Shown: one piece after another, positions 37,562 to 48,514 of the stretch
How positions within the stretch are numbered: the first letter of the stretch is position 1
Layout: every line of letters starts with the position of its first letter
Origin: Candidatus Campbellbacteria bacterium
GTDB lineage: Bacteria > Patescibacteriota > Minisyncoccia > Phycocordibacterales > CSBR16-193
Assembly: GCA_007117035.1 (NCBI GenBank)
Contig: SKHG01000054.1
Span: forward strand, 1,060 to 65,059
DNA: 64,000 bases
Direction: 5' to 3'
Translations under genes and position numbers: made by a program
Notes under the pieces: generated by a model
Seen by the model: only the letters and a program-made list of their open reading frames with translations
The model's database searches: none
What the model was told of the DNA's origin: nothing

Positions 37562-38104
37562 CTACTCTTTACTATCATCTGCGATTGGTAGTCCTAATTC
37601 TTTAAGAAAGACCAAAGCCTCTTCTTTGCTTTTGGCAGTAGTCACAACAGTCACAGCCATACCGAAAACATCTTTTAGTTCTTCATCTGAAGACTCTGGA
37701 AAGATAGTGTGCTCTGGAATTCCGATAGTAAAGTTGCCCATATTATCGACAGCACTCTCACGTAAACCTTGAAAGTCCTTAGTTCTTGGCAAGGCGACAT
37801 TAATTAGCTTGTCCAAAAAATCATACATCCTCTGTCCTCTCAGAGTTACTTGATGACCAACAATATCACCTTCTCTAGTCTTAAATGCTGCAATAGACTG
37901 CTTGGCTCCTCGATCTGCTGGTGTTTGACCAGTTATCTTTCGAAGACGATCAACGATCAACTCTCGCTTAGCCTTGTCAGAAATTGAACCTACTCCAACA
38001 CTTACCACCAACTTACTAACCTTTGGTGCTTGCATAATGTTCTTGTAGCCGAACTGCGCCTGCATAGTTTTAAAAATATTCTTTACTTTTTCTTTGGTAT
38101 TCAT
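37562..38104 (-). CDS. rplE: 50S ribosomal protein L5
   Basis: ITGQ, VTLRG.RMYDFL, LPR.KDFQG, GNFTIG. Confidence 0.97.
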   Translation of the reverse strand: MNTKEKVKNIFKTMQAQFGYKNIMQAPKVSKLVVSVGVGSISDKAKRELIVDRLRKITGQTPADRGAKQSIAAFKTREGDIVGHQVTLRGQRMYDFLDKLINVALPRTKDFQGLRESAVDNMGNFTIGIPEHTIFPESSDEELKDVFGMAVTVVTTAKSKEEALVFLKELGLPIADDSKE

Positions 38105-38116
38105 AATATATTTGGA

Positions 38117-38443
38117 TTATTGAAGTTCGGAACCACTCTTCTTTGCCACTCTAACTCTCTGTCCATCTTTTATGATAATTCCGATTCTTGTGCCTTTCTT
38201 AGTCTTTGGATCAATCAACTGAACATTTGAAACCGAAATAGGTGCTGGTCGCTCAATGATCTGACCAATCTTTTTAGCATTACCTTTGCCTTTAGAATCT
38301 GAATTCTTTCGGTGAAGTTTTTTTACATTAACTCCCGCAATAACAACTGACCCCTCGGAAGGAAAAGCCTTCTCCACCACTCCTTCGGTGCCTTTATCTT
38401 TACCTGAAATTACTATAACTTTATCTCCTTTTTTAATCTTCAT
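38117..38443 (-). CDS. rplX: 50S ribosomal protein L24
   Basis: MKIKKGDKVIVISGKDKG. Confidence 0.96.
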   Translation of the reverse strand: MKIKKGDKVIVISGKDKGTEGVVEKAFPSEGSVVIAGVNVKKLHRKNSDSKGKGNAKKIGQIIERPAPISVSNVQLIDPKTKKGTRIGIIIKDGQRVRVAKKSGSELQ

Positions 38444-38453
38444 AATATTTTTT

Positions 38454-38825
38454 TTACAAAACTTCTGGCGCCAAGGATGTTATTTTTTGGTAACCAAGTT
38501 CACCAATCTCTCTTGGAATAGGACCAAAAATTCTACCACCAATCGGCTCCTTAGTACCTTTCTCGATTATAACAACAGCGTTTTCATCAAAACGAATATA
38601 GGAACCATCTCTTCGACGAAAAGCTTTCTTTTGTCTAACAACAACTGCATGCATTACGGCTTTCTTCTTTACAGCCTTTCGAGGTTCTGCTTTTTGTACG
38701 GACAAAACAACTAACTCACCAATTCCAGCATAGCGTTTTTTTGAACCGCCCAGAATTTTAAAAACTCGTCCAATTTTTCCTCCGGAGTTGTCTGCGATTT
38801 TTACTAATGTTTGTGGTTGAATCAT
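38454..38825 (-). CDS. rplN: 50S ribosomal protein L14
   Basis: MIQ...ADNSG, FDENAVV, SLAPEVL. Confidence 0.97.
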   Translation of the reverse strand: MIQPQTLVKIADNSGGKIGRVFKILGGSKKRYAGIGELVVLSVQKAEPRKAVKKKAVMHAVVVRQKKAFRRRDGSYIRFDENAVVIIEKGTKEPIGGRIFGPIPREIGELGYQKITSLAPEVL

Positions 38826-38846
38826 ATTTAAAAATTAAAAATCGGA

Positions 38847-39089
38847 CTATAACACCTTAAACCTTTTATCTTTGGAGATCGGATTACACTCCTCTATCTC
38901 AACCTTGTCTCCAAGTGCTTTAGTGTTACCTGCGTCATGTGCTTTGTATCTTTTTTTAGCCTTAACAAACTTCCCATACTTCGGGTGTTTATAATATCGG
39001 TTTACCAAAACCACCACAGTGTCCTGCATAGCAACAGACACCACTTCACCTCTCATAGTCTTCTTCTTAACTGTTTCGGTTTTTTTCAT
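38847..39089 (-). CDS. rpsQ: 30S ribosomal protein S17
   Basis: HPKYGK, KAHD, PISKDKRF. Confidence 0.96.
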   Translation of the reverse strand: MKKTETVKKKTMRGEVVSVAMQDTVVVLVNRYYKHPKYGKFVKAKKRYKAHDAGNTKALGDKVEIEECNPISKDKRFKVL

Positions 39090-39093
39090 AATA

Positions 39094-39282
39094 CTAAATG
39101 TTTCTCTTTCGTACCTCGGTTAATATTCGAGCTATATCCTTTCGAAGTTTTTGAGCTTGCCCAACATCTCGAGTCTTGCTACCAGCCTGACTAAAACGAA
39201 ACTCTCTCAACGCTTCACGCTTCTCGCGCAAAAGCTTTCCAAGCTCTCCATCTTTTTTCTCTTTTATTTCTTTCATTTTCAT
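39094..39282 (-). CDS. rpmC: 50S ribosomal protein L29
   Basis: LRKDIARILT; operon position. Confidence 0.93.
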   Translation of the reverse strand: MKMKEIKEKKDGELGKLLREKREALREFRFSQAGSKTRDVGQAQKLRKDIARILTEVRKRNI

Positions 39283-39338
39283 TTTATGTTGAGTACTCTA
39301 AACTACACTAAATCCTTTATATTTTCAAGCTTTGATGT

Positions 39339-39764
39339 CTAATTACCTATTCGACTAACTATTCGAGTCTTGATTGGCAACTTCTTTCCCGCTTTTCGTA
39401 AAGCTTCTAATGCAATTTCGTCAGTGACTCCATCAACCTCAAAAATCATTCGACCTGGCTTAACTGGTACACAGTAACCTTCAATATCACCCTTTCCTTT
39501 ACCCATCTTCACCTCAGCTGGTTTTTTAGTATACGGCATATCAGGGAATACTCTTATCCAAACCTTACCAGTCTTACCTAAAGTTCTTGAAATCACTCGA
39601 CGAGAGGCTTCAATCTGATTGGCGGTAAGCCGACCAGCAGTTGTTGCTTTAACTCCATGAGATCCAAAAGCAACAGTTAGTCCACGAGTAGCCACGCCGA
39701 TTGATTTCGGATTTTCTCTGGAAGTTTGCCACTTTCGATATTTTACTTTTTTTGGGAATAACAT
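39339..39764 (-). CDS. rplP: 50S ribosomal protein L16
   Basis: [24 protein letters not shown]. Confidence 0.97.
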   Translation of the reverse strand: MLFPKKVKYRKWQTSRENPKSIGVATRGLTVAFGSHGVKATTAGRLTANQIEASRRVISRTLGKTGKVWIRVFPDMPYTKKPAEVKMGKGKGDIEGYCVPVKPGRMIFEVDGVTDEIALEALRKAGKKLPIKTRIVSRIGN

Positions 39765-39781
39765 AACCTTTTAATTAATTT

Positions 39782-40453
39782 CTACTGCTTTCGTTGTTTT
39801 TCGGTAAATATATCACCTTTGTATATCCAAACTTGAATACCGATTGTTCCATAAGGCAAACGTGCCTCTTGTCGCGCAAAGTCAACATCTGCTCTTAAGG
39901 TTTGTAGAGGAATACGACCACTCTTCATCTTTTCCTTTCTAGCCATATCAGCACCTCCTAAACGACCGCTGAGTAGGATCTTAACACCTTTAACATCTCT
40001 GTTTGCAACCACTTTCTCCATCATCTGTTTGGCAACTCTTCTAAACGGCATTCGTTTCTCTAAACCTTCGGCAATCATCTGAGCAACAATAGCTGAGTTA
40101 GACTCCGGGGATTTAACTTCTCTAATATCAAGTCGTAGGTCTTGATTGAAAACTAAACCTCTTTTTATTAAGTCTTTTTCTAATTTCTTCTTTAGGTTGG
40201 CTGAGCCTTCACCGTTTCGACCAATAACCATTCCTGGACGAGAGGTCTCAATAATGACCTTCAGGGTTTTTTCACCACGTTCAATCTCAATATTACTGAC
40301 AAAAAAACCTCGAAGCTCTTTTTCTAAAAATCTCCTAACAAAGATATCACTCTTAAGATAGGCTCGATAATTTTTCTTATCACCAAACCAACGAGATTTC
40401 CAGTCTCGAATTATGCCTAACCTACTTGAATATGGGTGAACTACATGTGTCAT
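39782..40453 (-). CDS. rpsC: 30S ribosomal protein S3
   Basis: RPGMVIGRNG, SGRLGGADMAR, GRIPLQTLRADVD. Confidence 0.97.
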   Translation of the reverse strand: MTHVVHPYSSRLGIIRDWKSRWFGDKKNYRAYLKSDIFVRRFLEKELRGFFVSNIEIERGEKTLKVIIETSRPGMVIGRNGEGSANLKKKLEKDLIKRGLVFNQDLRLDIREVKSPESNSAIVAQMIAEGLEKRMPFRRVAKQMMEKVVANRDVKGVKILLSGRLGGADMARKEKMKSGRIPLQTLRADVDFARQEARLPYGTIGIQVWIYKGDIFTEKQRKQ

Positions 40454-40463
40454 AATTTATATT

Positions 40464-40829
40464 TTATTTATTTACGGTATCTTTAACTTTCTTAGCCGGC
40501 TCAGTCTTTGGAGCAAGTTCAATTGCAATATGACTGGTTCGCTTCCGAATTCTGAAAGCTCGACCTTGGGCTCGAGGCATCATTCTGTACAAGGTAAAAC
40601 CTTCATCAACACGAATAGACGAAACAATAAGATTTGAAGTGTCCTCGCCTCGATCTACAGCATTGGCTAGGGCCGAAGCCAAAACACCTTTAACAGCGCT
40701 CGCTGCATTCTTATCAACAAAAGATAGAATATGCAATGATTCCTCAACTGATTTGCCACGAATCATATCCGCAACCAAGCGGACCTTTCGGGGAGACTGT
40801 CTATAATTTTTAAGTAAAGCTTTTGACAT
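40464..40829 (-). CDS. rplV: 50S ribosomal protein L22
   Basis: SPRKVRLVAD, PRAQGRA, KRTSHI. Confidence 0.97.
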   Translation of the reverse strand: MSKALLKNYRQSPRKVRLVADMIRGKSVEESLHILSFVDKNAASAVKGVLASALANAVDRGEDTSNLIVSSIRVDEGFTLYRMMPRAQGRAFRIRKRTSHIAIELAPKTEPAKKVKDTVNK

Positions 40830-40844
40830 AATTTATTTAACAAA

Positions 40845-41180
40845 TTACTTACCGCCTGCAGATTTAGCTGACTGGGCGGCTGCAATCTCATTTTCTTTCT
40901 TTTTTTGGTCAAGTTCCTTCTGGATCTTTCCTCCATGTCTAATAAACTTCCGTGTAGCTGAGAACTCACCAAATCTGTGACCAACCATATCTTCTGTGAC
41001 CAAAACCGGAATGTGTTCTCGACCGTTGTGCACACCAAAAGTGTGACCAACCATCTCTGGAGAGATCTGACTGTTACGTGCCCATATTTTAATAACCCCT
41101 GCCTCTTTAGGAGATTTGCCTTCAATTTTTTTTAGGAGTCGATCGAAAACGAACGGTCCTTTTTTAAGTGATCTTGTCAT
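40845..41180 (-). CDS. rpsS: 30S ribosomal protein S19 with a C-terminal extension
   Basis: [10 protein letters not shown] start at 41180, [10 protein letters not shown]. Confidence 0.96.
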   Translation of the reverse strand: MTRSLKKGPFVFDRLLKKIEGKSPKEAGVIKIWARNSQISPEMVGHTFGVHNGREHIPVLVTEDMVGHRFGEFSATRKFIRHGGKIQKELDQKKKENEIAAAQSAKSAGGK

Positions 41181-41219
41181 ATTTAAACCAAAACGCGCCA
41201 CAGGCGCTTACGAAAGGTA

Positions 41220-41248
41220 ATACTAACGGAATGAACTGTTAATGTCAA
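41220..41248 (-). promoter_or_regulatory. Internal promoter upstream of rpsS
   Basis: TTGACA, 17 bp, TAGTAT. Confidence 0.7.
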
Positions 41249-41373
41249 TATATTTGCCTATATATTGCGATTTTCTAAACAACTATACTCTTTGGATTGT
41301 AAAAAACATGAAATTTGGCCTTGTGTCGATATTAAATCAGCTAACTAAAACAAGATTTAATGCTGAACTAAAC

Positions 41374-42216
41374 CTACCTCTTCTTTCCAACCTTCCTTCG
41401 CTTGACGATCAGACGGTTAGAATACTTCTTTGGCTTTCGTGTTTTTTGACCCTTACCAGAAGGTTTACCCCATTTGGTCTTAGCCCTCCTTGTTCCTCGT
41501 CCACCTCGACCCTCTCCACCACCGTATGGATGGTCAACAGGGTTCATAGCTGAACCACGAACTGTTGGTCTTTTACCCAACCATCGTGAACGTCCAGCTT
41601 TACCGATAACCTTCAGTCCATGCTCTTGATTAGAAACTTCTCCAACAGAACACCAAGCACCAGAACGAACCTTTCGAACTTCACTAGAAGGCATCTTTAC
41701 ACTACTGTAACCTCCGTCATGAGCAATAACTTCAGCATAGGTTCCAGCTGAACGTATTAATTTTGCTCCACCTAAAGGTTTTACCTCGATGTTGTAAACA
41801 AAGGTTCCAACAGGAACTGAACCAATCTCAGTTCGATTTCCAGCTTTAAGAGGTGCCTTGTCAGAGATAATTAGAGTTTCTCCAACTGAAACATTTTGTG
41901 GTAGAACCACATACCTTTGATCACCATCAGCGTACACCGCAAGTCCGATAAAGGCTGATCGATTTGGATCGTACTCAACAGTTTTTATAGTATAAGGAAT
42001 ATCAAACTTATTTAATTTAAAGTCGATTTCTCGATAACGTCTTTTGTGTCCACCACCACGATGTCGGGATGTAATCCGGCCAGCATTGTTTCGCCCTTTA
42101 CCTTTTTTAAATCCAGAAACCAATGATTTCTTTGGTTTGTCTGTTGTAAGCACTCCTCTATAAGATGGAGTGGTCATTGAACGTCGCGATGGTGTTGTTG
42201 GTCTATACTTTTTCAT
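41374..42216 (-). CDS. rplB: 50S ribosomal protein L2
   Basis: GGGHKR.YR, EYDPNRS, RGSAMNPVDHPYGGGEG. Confidence 0.98.
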   Translation of the reverse strand: MKKYRPTTPSRRSMTTPSYRGVLTTDKPKKSLVSGFKKGKGRNNAGRITSRHRGGGHKRRYREIDFKLNKFDIPYTIKTVEYDPNRSAFIGLAVYADGDQRYVVLPQNVSVGETLIISDKAPLKAGNRTEIGSVPVGTFVYNIEVKPLGGAKLIRSAGTYAEVIAHDGGYSSVKMPSSEVRKVRSGAWCSVGEVSNQEHGLKVIGKAGRSRWLGKRPTVRGSAMNPVDHPYGGGEGRGGRGTRRAKTKWGKPSGKGQKTRKPKKYSNRLIVKRRKVGKKR

Positions 42217-42233
42217 AATTCTTATTATATATA

Positions 42234-42593
42234 TTAGATGAACTCAATTGAGTCACCTTTTTTAAGAAAAACCATGGCTTTTTTACCAACAGATTTCTTA
42301 CCTTTAATACCTCGGCGAGTAACATTCTTACGTGGAACTTTAATGGTGTTTATCTTAACAGGTGTTACGCCATATATTACCTCAATCGCTTCAGCAACAT
42401 CTTTTTTTCCAGCCCTCGGATCAATGTTGAATGAATAAACATTGTCACCGCTTTTAATAGCAGCTTTTTCTGTCACCCTCGGAGAAAGTAAAACCATCTG
42501 CTCTCGTCCAAAATCTGAAATACGACCAGAACTTTTACGTCCAGACTTAGTCTTTCCTTGAGATTTACCTTTTTTTGATCCAAAAATAGCCAT
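42234..42593 (-). CDS. rplW: 50S ribosomal protein L23
   Basis: PRVTEKA, KKAMVFLK; operon position. Confidence 0.93.
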   Translation of the reverse strand: MAIFGSKKGKSQGKTKSGRKSSGRISDFGREQMVLLSPRVTEKAAIKSGDNVYSFNIDPRAGKKDVAEAIEVIYGVTPVKINTIKVPRKNVTRRGIKGKKSVGKKAMVFLKKGDSIEFI

Positions 42594-42598
42594 AATAT

Positions 42599-43267
42599 TT
42601 ATTTAACTCTTTTCTCTAAAACTGCAATTGATTCTTTCGGGTTCTCGATTATAAGATACTTGTATTTCAAAAGCAACGCTGGATTTATCGAATCAATCTT
42701 TTTAACTAAAATATTTCCCATATTAGAAAAACTTTTTTTCACTGTGTCCTGACTTTCAAACAATGCGAGACAAGCTGCGTTGTTCTTTCTGTCAGCCAAT
42801 GCTTCATAACCCTTTACTGAACCCAAAGCCTGTATTACAGACTTAGCTTCTTTGGTTTTTGGCTCGGAGAAATCAATCTTATCAAGAAAAACAATCTCCT
42901 GGTCCTTAAATTTTTGTGACAAAACAGATGTTAATGCAGCGACACGCATCTTTTTGTTTATCTTTTTCTTAAAATTCCTTTCGTTTGTTGGGCCATGCGC
43001 AACTCCACCACCAACCCAAATCGGTGATCGTCGTGAACCATGTCTAGCTCGTCCAGTACCTTTTTGTTTCCAAGGCTTCTTACCACCTCCTCGAACTTCT
43101 GATCGGTCCTTGGTGTGAGCAACTGGTACTCTAGCGTTAGATTCCATAGAAACAACTACCTGATGAACTAACTGGTCATTTCTTTTTTGTCCAAAAACAG
43201 AATCTGGAAGATCGATAGATCCTGTACTCTTTCCTTTTTGATTATATATCTGTGCAGTGATAGCCAT
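42599..43267 (-). CDS. rplD: 50S ribosomal protein L4
   Basis: KPWKQKGTGRARHGS. Confidence 0.97.
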   Translation of the reverse strand: MAITAQIYNQKGKSTGSIDLPDSVFGQKRNDQLVHQVVVSMESNARVPVAHTKDRSEVRGGGKKPWKQKGTGRARHGSRRSPIWVGGGVAHGPTNERNFKKKINKKMRVAALTSVLSQKFKDQEIVFLDKIDFSEPKTKEAKSVIQALGSVKGYEALADRKNNAACLALFESQDTVKKSFSNMGNILVKKIDSINPALLLKYKYLIIENPKESIAVLEKRVK

Positions 43268-43272
43268 ATTAA

Positions 43273-43887
43273 TTATTTATCTCTGAGTTCAACCAATGTG
43301 CCTGTTCGTCCTGGAACAGCTCCTTTTATCATTATCAATCCTTCTTCAGGTAAAATCTTAGCAATAGAAAGGTTTTTAACAGTTACCCTGTCACTACCCA
43401 TCCTTCCACCCATCTTCTTACCTTTCATAACCCTCTGAGGACCTGTGGCACCTATAGAGCCAGGTTCTCTTTCAGAATGCTTCTGCCCATGACTTCGACG
43501 ACCGCCGGCAAAACCATGTCGTTTTACTACACCCTGGAAACCTTTACCTTTAGAGATAGAAGAAACAAATACCTTATCACCTTCAGCAAAAGATATTTCT
43601 AACTCCTGACCTCGAGAAAAAGCCGAGACCTCTTCTGGAGTTAATCGAAACTCGCGTAGATATCGAAAAGAGGACAGGTCTTTTAGATGTCCTCTTTGAG
43701 ATTTGTTTTGATTTTTCTCACTTTTTAGACCAAAACCAACTTGAACAGCATAATATCCATCACTTTCTTTTGTTTTTATCTGAACAACAGACATTGGTGA
43801 TGTCTTAATAATCGTTACAGGAATAACTGTTCCGTCTTCGGCAAATATCTGACTCATCTTTTCTTTTTCTCCAAGTAGGAATTTCAT
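43273..43887 (-). CDS. rplC: 50S ribosomal protein L3
   Basis: SKGKGFQGVVKRH, PGSIG, KGAVPG. Confidence 0.97.
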   Translation of the reverse strand: MKFLLGEKEKMSQIFAEDGTVIPVTIIKTSPMSVVQIKTKESDGYYAVQVGFGLKSEKNQNKSQRGHLKDLSSFRYLREFRLTPEEVSAFSRGQELEISFAEGDKVFVSSISKGKGFQGVVKRHGFAGGRRSHGQKHSEREPGSIGATGPQRVMKGKKMGGRMGSDRVTVKNLSIAKILPEEGLIMIKGAVPGRTGTLVELRDK

Positions 43888-43966
43888 TTTTTTATTTTAA
43901 AACACTTTTCGTTCTAGAAAGCTAGAAACAAAACGGCTTGCCTGTATAAGCAACCGAATAGCCAAT

Positions 43967-43995
43967 ACTTTATTACATATTGAATAAAAATGCAA
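43967..43995 (-). promoter_or_regulatory. Promoter upstream of rplC
   Basis: TTGCAT, 17 bp, TAAAGT. Confidence 0.6.
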
Positions 43996-44088
43996 GTTTT
44001 TCTAAGACTATACAATCGCAAAAAAGCAAATCCCCCTGTTTTTAGGCAGTCTTTTCTTTTATATAGAATCCCTTAAGCATAATAACCT

Positions 44089-44247
44089 TTATTTTAAACC
44101 CAAAGTTCGGTGTATTTTAGAGACATATTTCGTTAACTGTTTCTGATATTCTTTCGATTCAATGTCATCTACCAAATCTATTACCTCTTCCTCTGTATAT
44201 CTATTTTGAGTACCAACAACATCAATCACTATCGACACTAGGAACAT
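44089..44247 (-). CDS. Possible 52-aa ORF or gene remnant between rpsJ and rplC
   Basis: MFLVSIVIDVVGTQNRYTEEEVIDLVDDIESKEYQKQLTKYVSKIHRTLGLK*; an upstream in-frame ATG is interrupted by TGA. Confidence 0.35.
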   Translation of the reverse strand: MFLVSIVIDVVGTQNRYTEEEVIDLVDDIESKEYQKQLTKYVSKIHRTLGLK

Positions 44248-44332
44248 TTTGATTCAAATTAAATTACTCATATGTTAATTTACAATTCATATACATATAT
44301 AAAGTAATATCACTTTTAAACTTACACAAAAC

Positions 44333-44360
44333 AAAAAACAGCCCAGACGGGCTGTTTTTT
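44333..44360 (-). terminator. Terminator after rpsJ
   Basis: AAAAAACAGCCC-AGAC-GGGCTGTTTTTT. Confidence 0.85.
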
Positions 44361-44389
44361 AACTTAACAGACTTCAAAAACCAAGTGAA

Positions 44390-44815
44390 CTAAACCATCT
44401 TTACATCAATACTTACACCAGACGGTAGAGAAATGTTGGTAAGAGATTCAATAACTTTTTGATTTGGATTTACAATATCAATCAGTCTTTTATGAATTCG
44501 CATCTCAAACTGTTCTCGTGAAGTTTTGTAAACGAAAGAAGATCGGTTAACTGTGTATTTTTTAATCTCGGTAGGTAGTGGTACTGGTCCACGGATCTCA
44601 ACATCATAACGTAAAGCTGTGTCGATAATCTGCTGAACAGATACATCCAAAACCTTGTACTCATACGCCCGAATTCTAATTCGAAGCATAGGAGAAATCT
44701 CCTTCTCTTTCTTTTTCCCGGACCCAGCAGAAGCTGTTTTTTTGGTTTCAACCTTTTTCTTAGCTGAAACAGCTTTTTTAGGTTCGGTCTTAATTGTATT
44801 ATTCTCTTTAGACAT
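44390..44815 (-). CDS. rpsJ: 30S ribosomal protein S10 with a Lys-rich N-terminal extension
   Basis: LRIRIRAY, GPVPLPT, SREQFEMRIHKRLIDI. Confidence 0.96.
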   Translation of the reverse strand: MSKENNTIKTEPKKAVSAKKKVETKKTASAGSGKKKEKEISPMLRIRIRAYEYKVLDVSVQQIIDTALRYDVEIRGPVPLPTEIKKYTVNRSSFVYKTSREQFEMRIHKRLIDIVNPNQKVIESLTNISLPSGVSIDVKMV

Positions 44816-44819
44816 CTTA

Positions 44820-46013
44820 TTACGCTACGACCTTAGTTACGACTCCAGCACCGACAGTTTTACCTCCTTCTCGAACAGCAAATCTTTGTTGTTCTTCTAG
44901 AGCAACCGGAGCACTCAGTTTAACCTTGAAAGTTACTGTATCACCCGGCATAACCATCTCAACACCTTCTTTCAATGTAACTTCTCCAGTTACGTCAGTT
45001 GTTCTGATATAGAACTGAGGCTTGTATCCGGTAAAGAATGGAGTGTGTCGACCACCTTCCTCTTTCTTTAGAATATAAACTTCAGCCTCGAAATCTGTAT
45101 GTGGAGTAACTGATCCAGGAGCAGCCAAAACCTGTCCTCGGTGGATATCTTCTTTCTTAGTACCTCGTAATAGAATTCCCGCGTTGTCACCAGCCATACC
45201 TTCAGATAGAGACTTGTTGAACATCTCAATTCCAGTTACAGCTGTTTTACTTATATCTTTTGTTATACCAACAATCTCAACTTCCTCACCAACCTTTACA
45301 ATACCACGTTCAATTCTTCCGGTTACAACAGTTCCTCGACCTTCAATTGAGAAAATGTCTTCAATTGGCATCAAGAAAGCCTTTTCTGTATCTCTTTCTG
45401 GTGTAGGAATGTATTCGTCTAGAGCTTTAGCCAGTTCAAGAACCTTTAGAGTCCATTCACCGTCTGCAGCCTCTTCTTCTAGAGCTTTAAGAGCTGAACC
45501 TCGAATAATCGGTGCAACTTCACCGTCATAATCATACTGAGTCAAAAGTTCGCGAACTTCTTCCTCGACAAGGTCGATCAACTCCGGATCACTAACCATG
45601 TCACATTTGTTAAGGAAAACAATAATCTTTGGAACACCAACTTGTTTAGCCAAAAGAATGTGCTCTCGTGTCTGAGGCATAACACCATCAGTTGCAGCAA
45701 CCACCAAAACAGCACCGTCCATCTGAGCGGCACCTGTAATCATGTTTTTGATGTAGTCGGCATGTCCGGGAGCATCAATGTGTGCGTAGTGTCTGTTCTC
45801 TGTTTCGTACTCGTTGTGTGAAAGGGCGATTGTAATACCTCGCTCTTTTTCTTCTGGAGCTGCGTCAATCTGACTGACGTCCTTCATACTTACCTTTTGT
45901 CCAGATCGGTGAAGAGAACTCAATATTGCCGCGGTCAAAGTGGTCTTTCCGTGGTCAACATGTCCAATGGTACCAACATTGACATGGGGTTTAGATCTAT
46001 CAAAATCTGCCAT
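44820..46013 (-). CDS. tuf: Elongation factor Tu
   Basis: [26 protein letters not shown]. Confidence 0.98.
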   Translation of the reverse strand: MADFDRSKPHVNVGTIGHVDHGKTTLTAAILSSLHRSGQKVSMKDVSQIDAAPEEKERGITIALSHNEYETENRHYAHIDAPGHADYIKNMITGAAQMDGAVLVVAATDGVMPQTREHILLAKQVGVPKIIVFLNKCDMVSDPELIDLVEEEVRELLTQYDYDGEVAPIIRGSALKALEEEAADGEWTLKVLELAKALDEYIPTPERDTEKAFLMPIEDIFSIEGRGTVVTGRIERGIVKVGEEVEIVGITKDISKTAVTGIEMFNKSLSEGMAGDNAGILLRGTKKEDIHRGQVLAAPGSVTPHTDFEAEVYILKKEEGGRHTPFFTGYKPQFYIRTTDVTGEVTLKEGVEMVMPGDTVTFKVKLSAPVALEEQQRFAVREGGKTVGAGVVTKVVA

Positions 46014-46217
46014 AATAATATATTTAATAAACTGCTAATAAATTTGCAACCGAGGTTGCGACTAATAATTTTTCTTCAAACGCCCGAAACTGTTTAGTAT
46101 CGAACGCCGGAAATTCTACACGCGTAACGAAAGTTTTAATCTCTTTCAGTTTAGTGTCCAAATAAACACCAAAGACCTCAAAAGGTCTTTTTGATCTTGA
46201 ACACAAGCGTAGGATAC

Positions 46218-46246
46218 ATACTAACCAAACTCCAAAGCCAAGTCAA
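46218..46246 (-). promoter_or_regulatory. Promoter upstream of tuf
   Basis: TTGACT, 17 bp, TAGTAT. Confidence 0.65.
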
Positions 46247-46283
46247 CCTTTTAAAGAGATATTTATCCACTTAATATCCCCAA

Positions 46284-48452
46284 TTAATTTCGGGAATCAA
46301 TAATATCCTTAGCAACATTCTGTGGAACGATATCGTAACGATTAAACTCCATAGAAAATGTTGCTCGACCGGCTGTCATTGATCGAAGATTGGTAATATA
46401 ACCGAACATCTCTGATAGAGGCACAAATGCTCTAATAACTGTATCGTTTTGACCTCGCTCACCCATCTCTTCAATCTGACCTCGCTTAGAGTTAATATCA
46501 CCGTTTATGTCACCCATAAACTCAGTTGGAGTTACAACCTCGACTCTCATTATCGGCTCCAACAATACTGGTTTAGACTTTTTAGATGCTTCTTGAAAGG
46601 CTTGTGACGCAGCAATGTGATAAGCAACTTCAGAAGAGTCCACGTCGTGATATGAACCATCTATAAGTTCACAAGAGATATCAACCATCTGATAACCTGC
46701 AACGATTCCCCGTCCCATTGCCTCTTTTACACCTTTCTGAACTGCGGGAATATATTCCTGTGGAATAACACCACCTTTGATTGAGTTAACAAACTCATAC
46801 CCTTCCTCTCGATGAACATTTTTTGGAGTCTTCTTCTTCTTTCCTTCTCCCTCATCCTCTACAATTTTTTCTAGAGGTTTAATTATAATCTTGACATGTC
46901 CATACTGACCTCGACCACCAGTCTGTTTAATATATTTATGTTCTGCTTCAGCAGATGAAGTAATAGTTTCTTTATAAGCAACCTGAGGTTTTCCAATATC
47001 AGCCTCAACTTTAAACTCTCTTTTCATTCGATCAACAATAATCTCTAGATGCAACTCACCCATTCCCCAAATAACTGTTTCGTTAGTTTCGTTATCTGAT
47101 GTTATTTGGAAAGTAGGATCCTCAGCAGCCAATCTGGAAAGAGCCATTCCCATTTTTTCTTGGTCAGCCTTAGTTTTTGGCTCGATTCTAACCGAAACAA
47201 CAGGAACTGGAAACTCTATTTTTTCAAGAACGATTGGATTGTCCTCATCACAAAGGGTATCAGAAGTAGTAGTATTTTTTAGACCAACTGCGGCAGCAAT
47301 TTCTCCAGCATAAACCTCACTAACTTCTTCTCGGTGATTAGCGTGCATTCGCAAAATTCTTCCTATTCTTTCTTTTTCACCCTTACTAACATTGTAAACA
47401 TAAGATCCTGACTTAAGAACTCCAGAATAAACTCGGAAGTAGGTTAACTGACCAACATAAGGGTCATTTTGCAATTTAAAGGCAAGTGCTGAGAAAGGTT
47501 CGCTGTCATCTGCGTGTCTTTCAACCTCTTCTCCAGTCTTTGGATGTATACCAACATAAGGAGGAACATCTAGTGGTGAAGGAAGATAATCAACTACAGC
47601 ATCTAGAACTAACTGAACTCCTTTATTCTTCAATGCGGTTCCTGTAAATACCGGAATAATATTATTAGTCAAAACCTCTTTTCGAAGTGCTGATTTTAGC
47701 TCCTCAACAGTGAACTCTTCGCCTTCCAAAAATCTCTCCATCATTGACTCATTATTTTCTACTATCTTTTCAACCATCTCATTTCGATACTTTTCAGCTT
47801 CTGCTTTCATTCCTTCAGGAATTTCAGCAACTCTTATTTCGCTACCCATATTTCCTTCAAAGTATAAGGCTTTCATTTTTAGAAGATCTACTACACCCTC
47901 ATGTGCGTCTTCTTCACCAATCGGAATCTGCATTCGAACTGCGTTTGTGGTCAGACGATCTAGGATTGAAGCGTACGAACGTTCAAAACTTGCTCCTGTT
48001 CGGTCGATCTTATTAATAAAACAGATTCTTGGTACTTTATATTTATCAGCTTGCTTCCAAACTGTTTCCGACTGTGGTTCTACTCCAGCCACACCATCAA
48101 AAACAACGACACCTCCGTCCAGAACCTTCATTGAACGTTCAACCTCAACGGTAAAGTCGACGTGACCTGGGGTGTCAATAATATTAAAACGATACTGTAG
48201 TTCTTTGTCTTTTCTATCTTCTACATTTGTTGGAGACCAAAAACATGTTGTTGCAGCTGAGGTAATAGTGATTCCTCGCTCTTTTTCTTGCTCCATCCAG
48301 TCCATAACAGCCCCTCCTTCATGAACCTCACCAAGTTTATGTGAAACTCCTGTATAAAAAAGTACTCTCTCGGTAGTTGTGGTCTTTCCAGCATCAATGT
48401 GAGCAATGATGCCGAAATTTCTTACTCTTACTAATGGATAATCTCGTGCCAT
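46284..48452 (-). CDS. fusA: Elongation factor G
   Basis: [39 protein letters not shown]. Confidence 0.98.
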   Translation of the reverse strand: MARDYPLVRVRNFGIIAHIDAGKTTTTERVLFYTGVSHKLGEVHEGGAVMDWMEQEKERGITITSAATTCFWSPTNVEDRKDKELQYRFNIIDTPGHVDFTVEVERSMKVLDGGVVVFDGVAGVEPQSETVWKQADKYKVPRICFINKIDRTGASFERSYASILDRLTTNAVRMQIPIGEEDAHEGVVDLLKMKALYFEGNMGSEIRVAEIPEGMKAEAEKYRNEMVEKIVENNESMMERFLEGEEFTVEELKSALRKEVLTNNIIPVFTGTALKNKGVQLVLDAVVDYLPSPLDVPPYVGIHPKTGEEVERHADDSEPFSALAFKLQNDPYVGQLTYFRVYSGVLKSGSYVYNVSKGEKERIGRILRMHANHREEVSEVYAGEIAAAVGLKNTTTSDTLCDEDNPIVLEKIEFPVPVVSVRIEPKTKADQEKMGMALSRLAAEDPTFQITSDNETNETVIWGMGELHLEIIVDRMKREFKVEADIGKPQVAYKETITSSAEAEHKYIKQTGGRGQYGHVKIIIKPLEKIVEDEGEGKKKKTPKNVHREEGYEFVNSIKGGVIPQEYIPAVQKGVKEAMGRGIVAGYQMVDISCELIDGSYHDVDSSEVAYHIAASQAFQEASKKSKPVLLEPIMRVEVVTPTEFMGDINGDINSKRGQIEEMGERGQNDTVIRAFVPLSEMFGYITNLRSMTAGRATFSMEFNRYDIVPQNVAKDIIDSRN

Positions 48453-48514
48453 ATCTAAATATTAATTAATTTAGTAATAATCAAATTTTAAAACTCGATA
48501 AAAAACAGAAAAAT

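Noticed and set aside
36740-44262. In-frame TAG (DUF397) and TGA (small ORF) as signs of an alternative genetic code
   Set aside because: Conserved genes translate full length in code 11 and several end in TAG; isolated nonsense mutations are simpler
46024-46206. 60-aa ORF between fusA and tuf
   Set aside because: It lies in the tuf promoter and leader region and has no recognisable protein features
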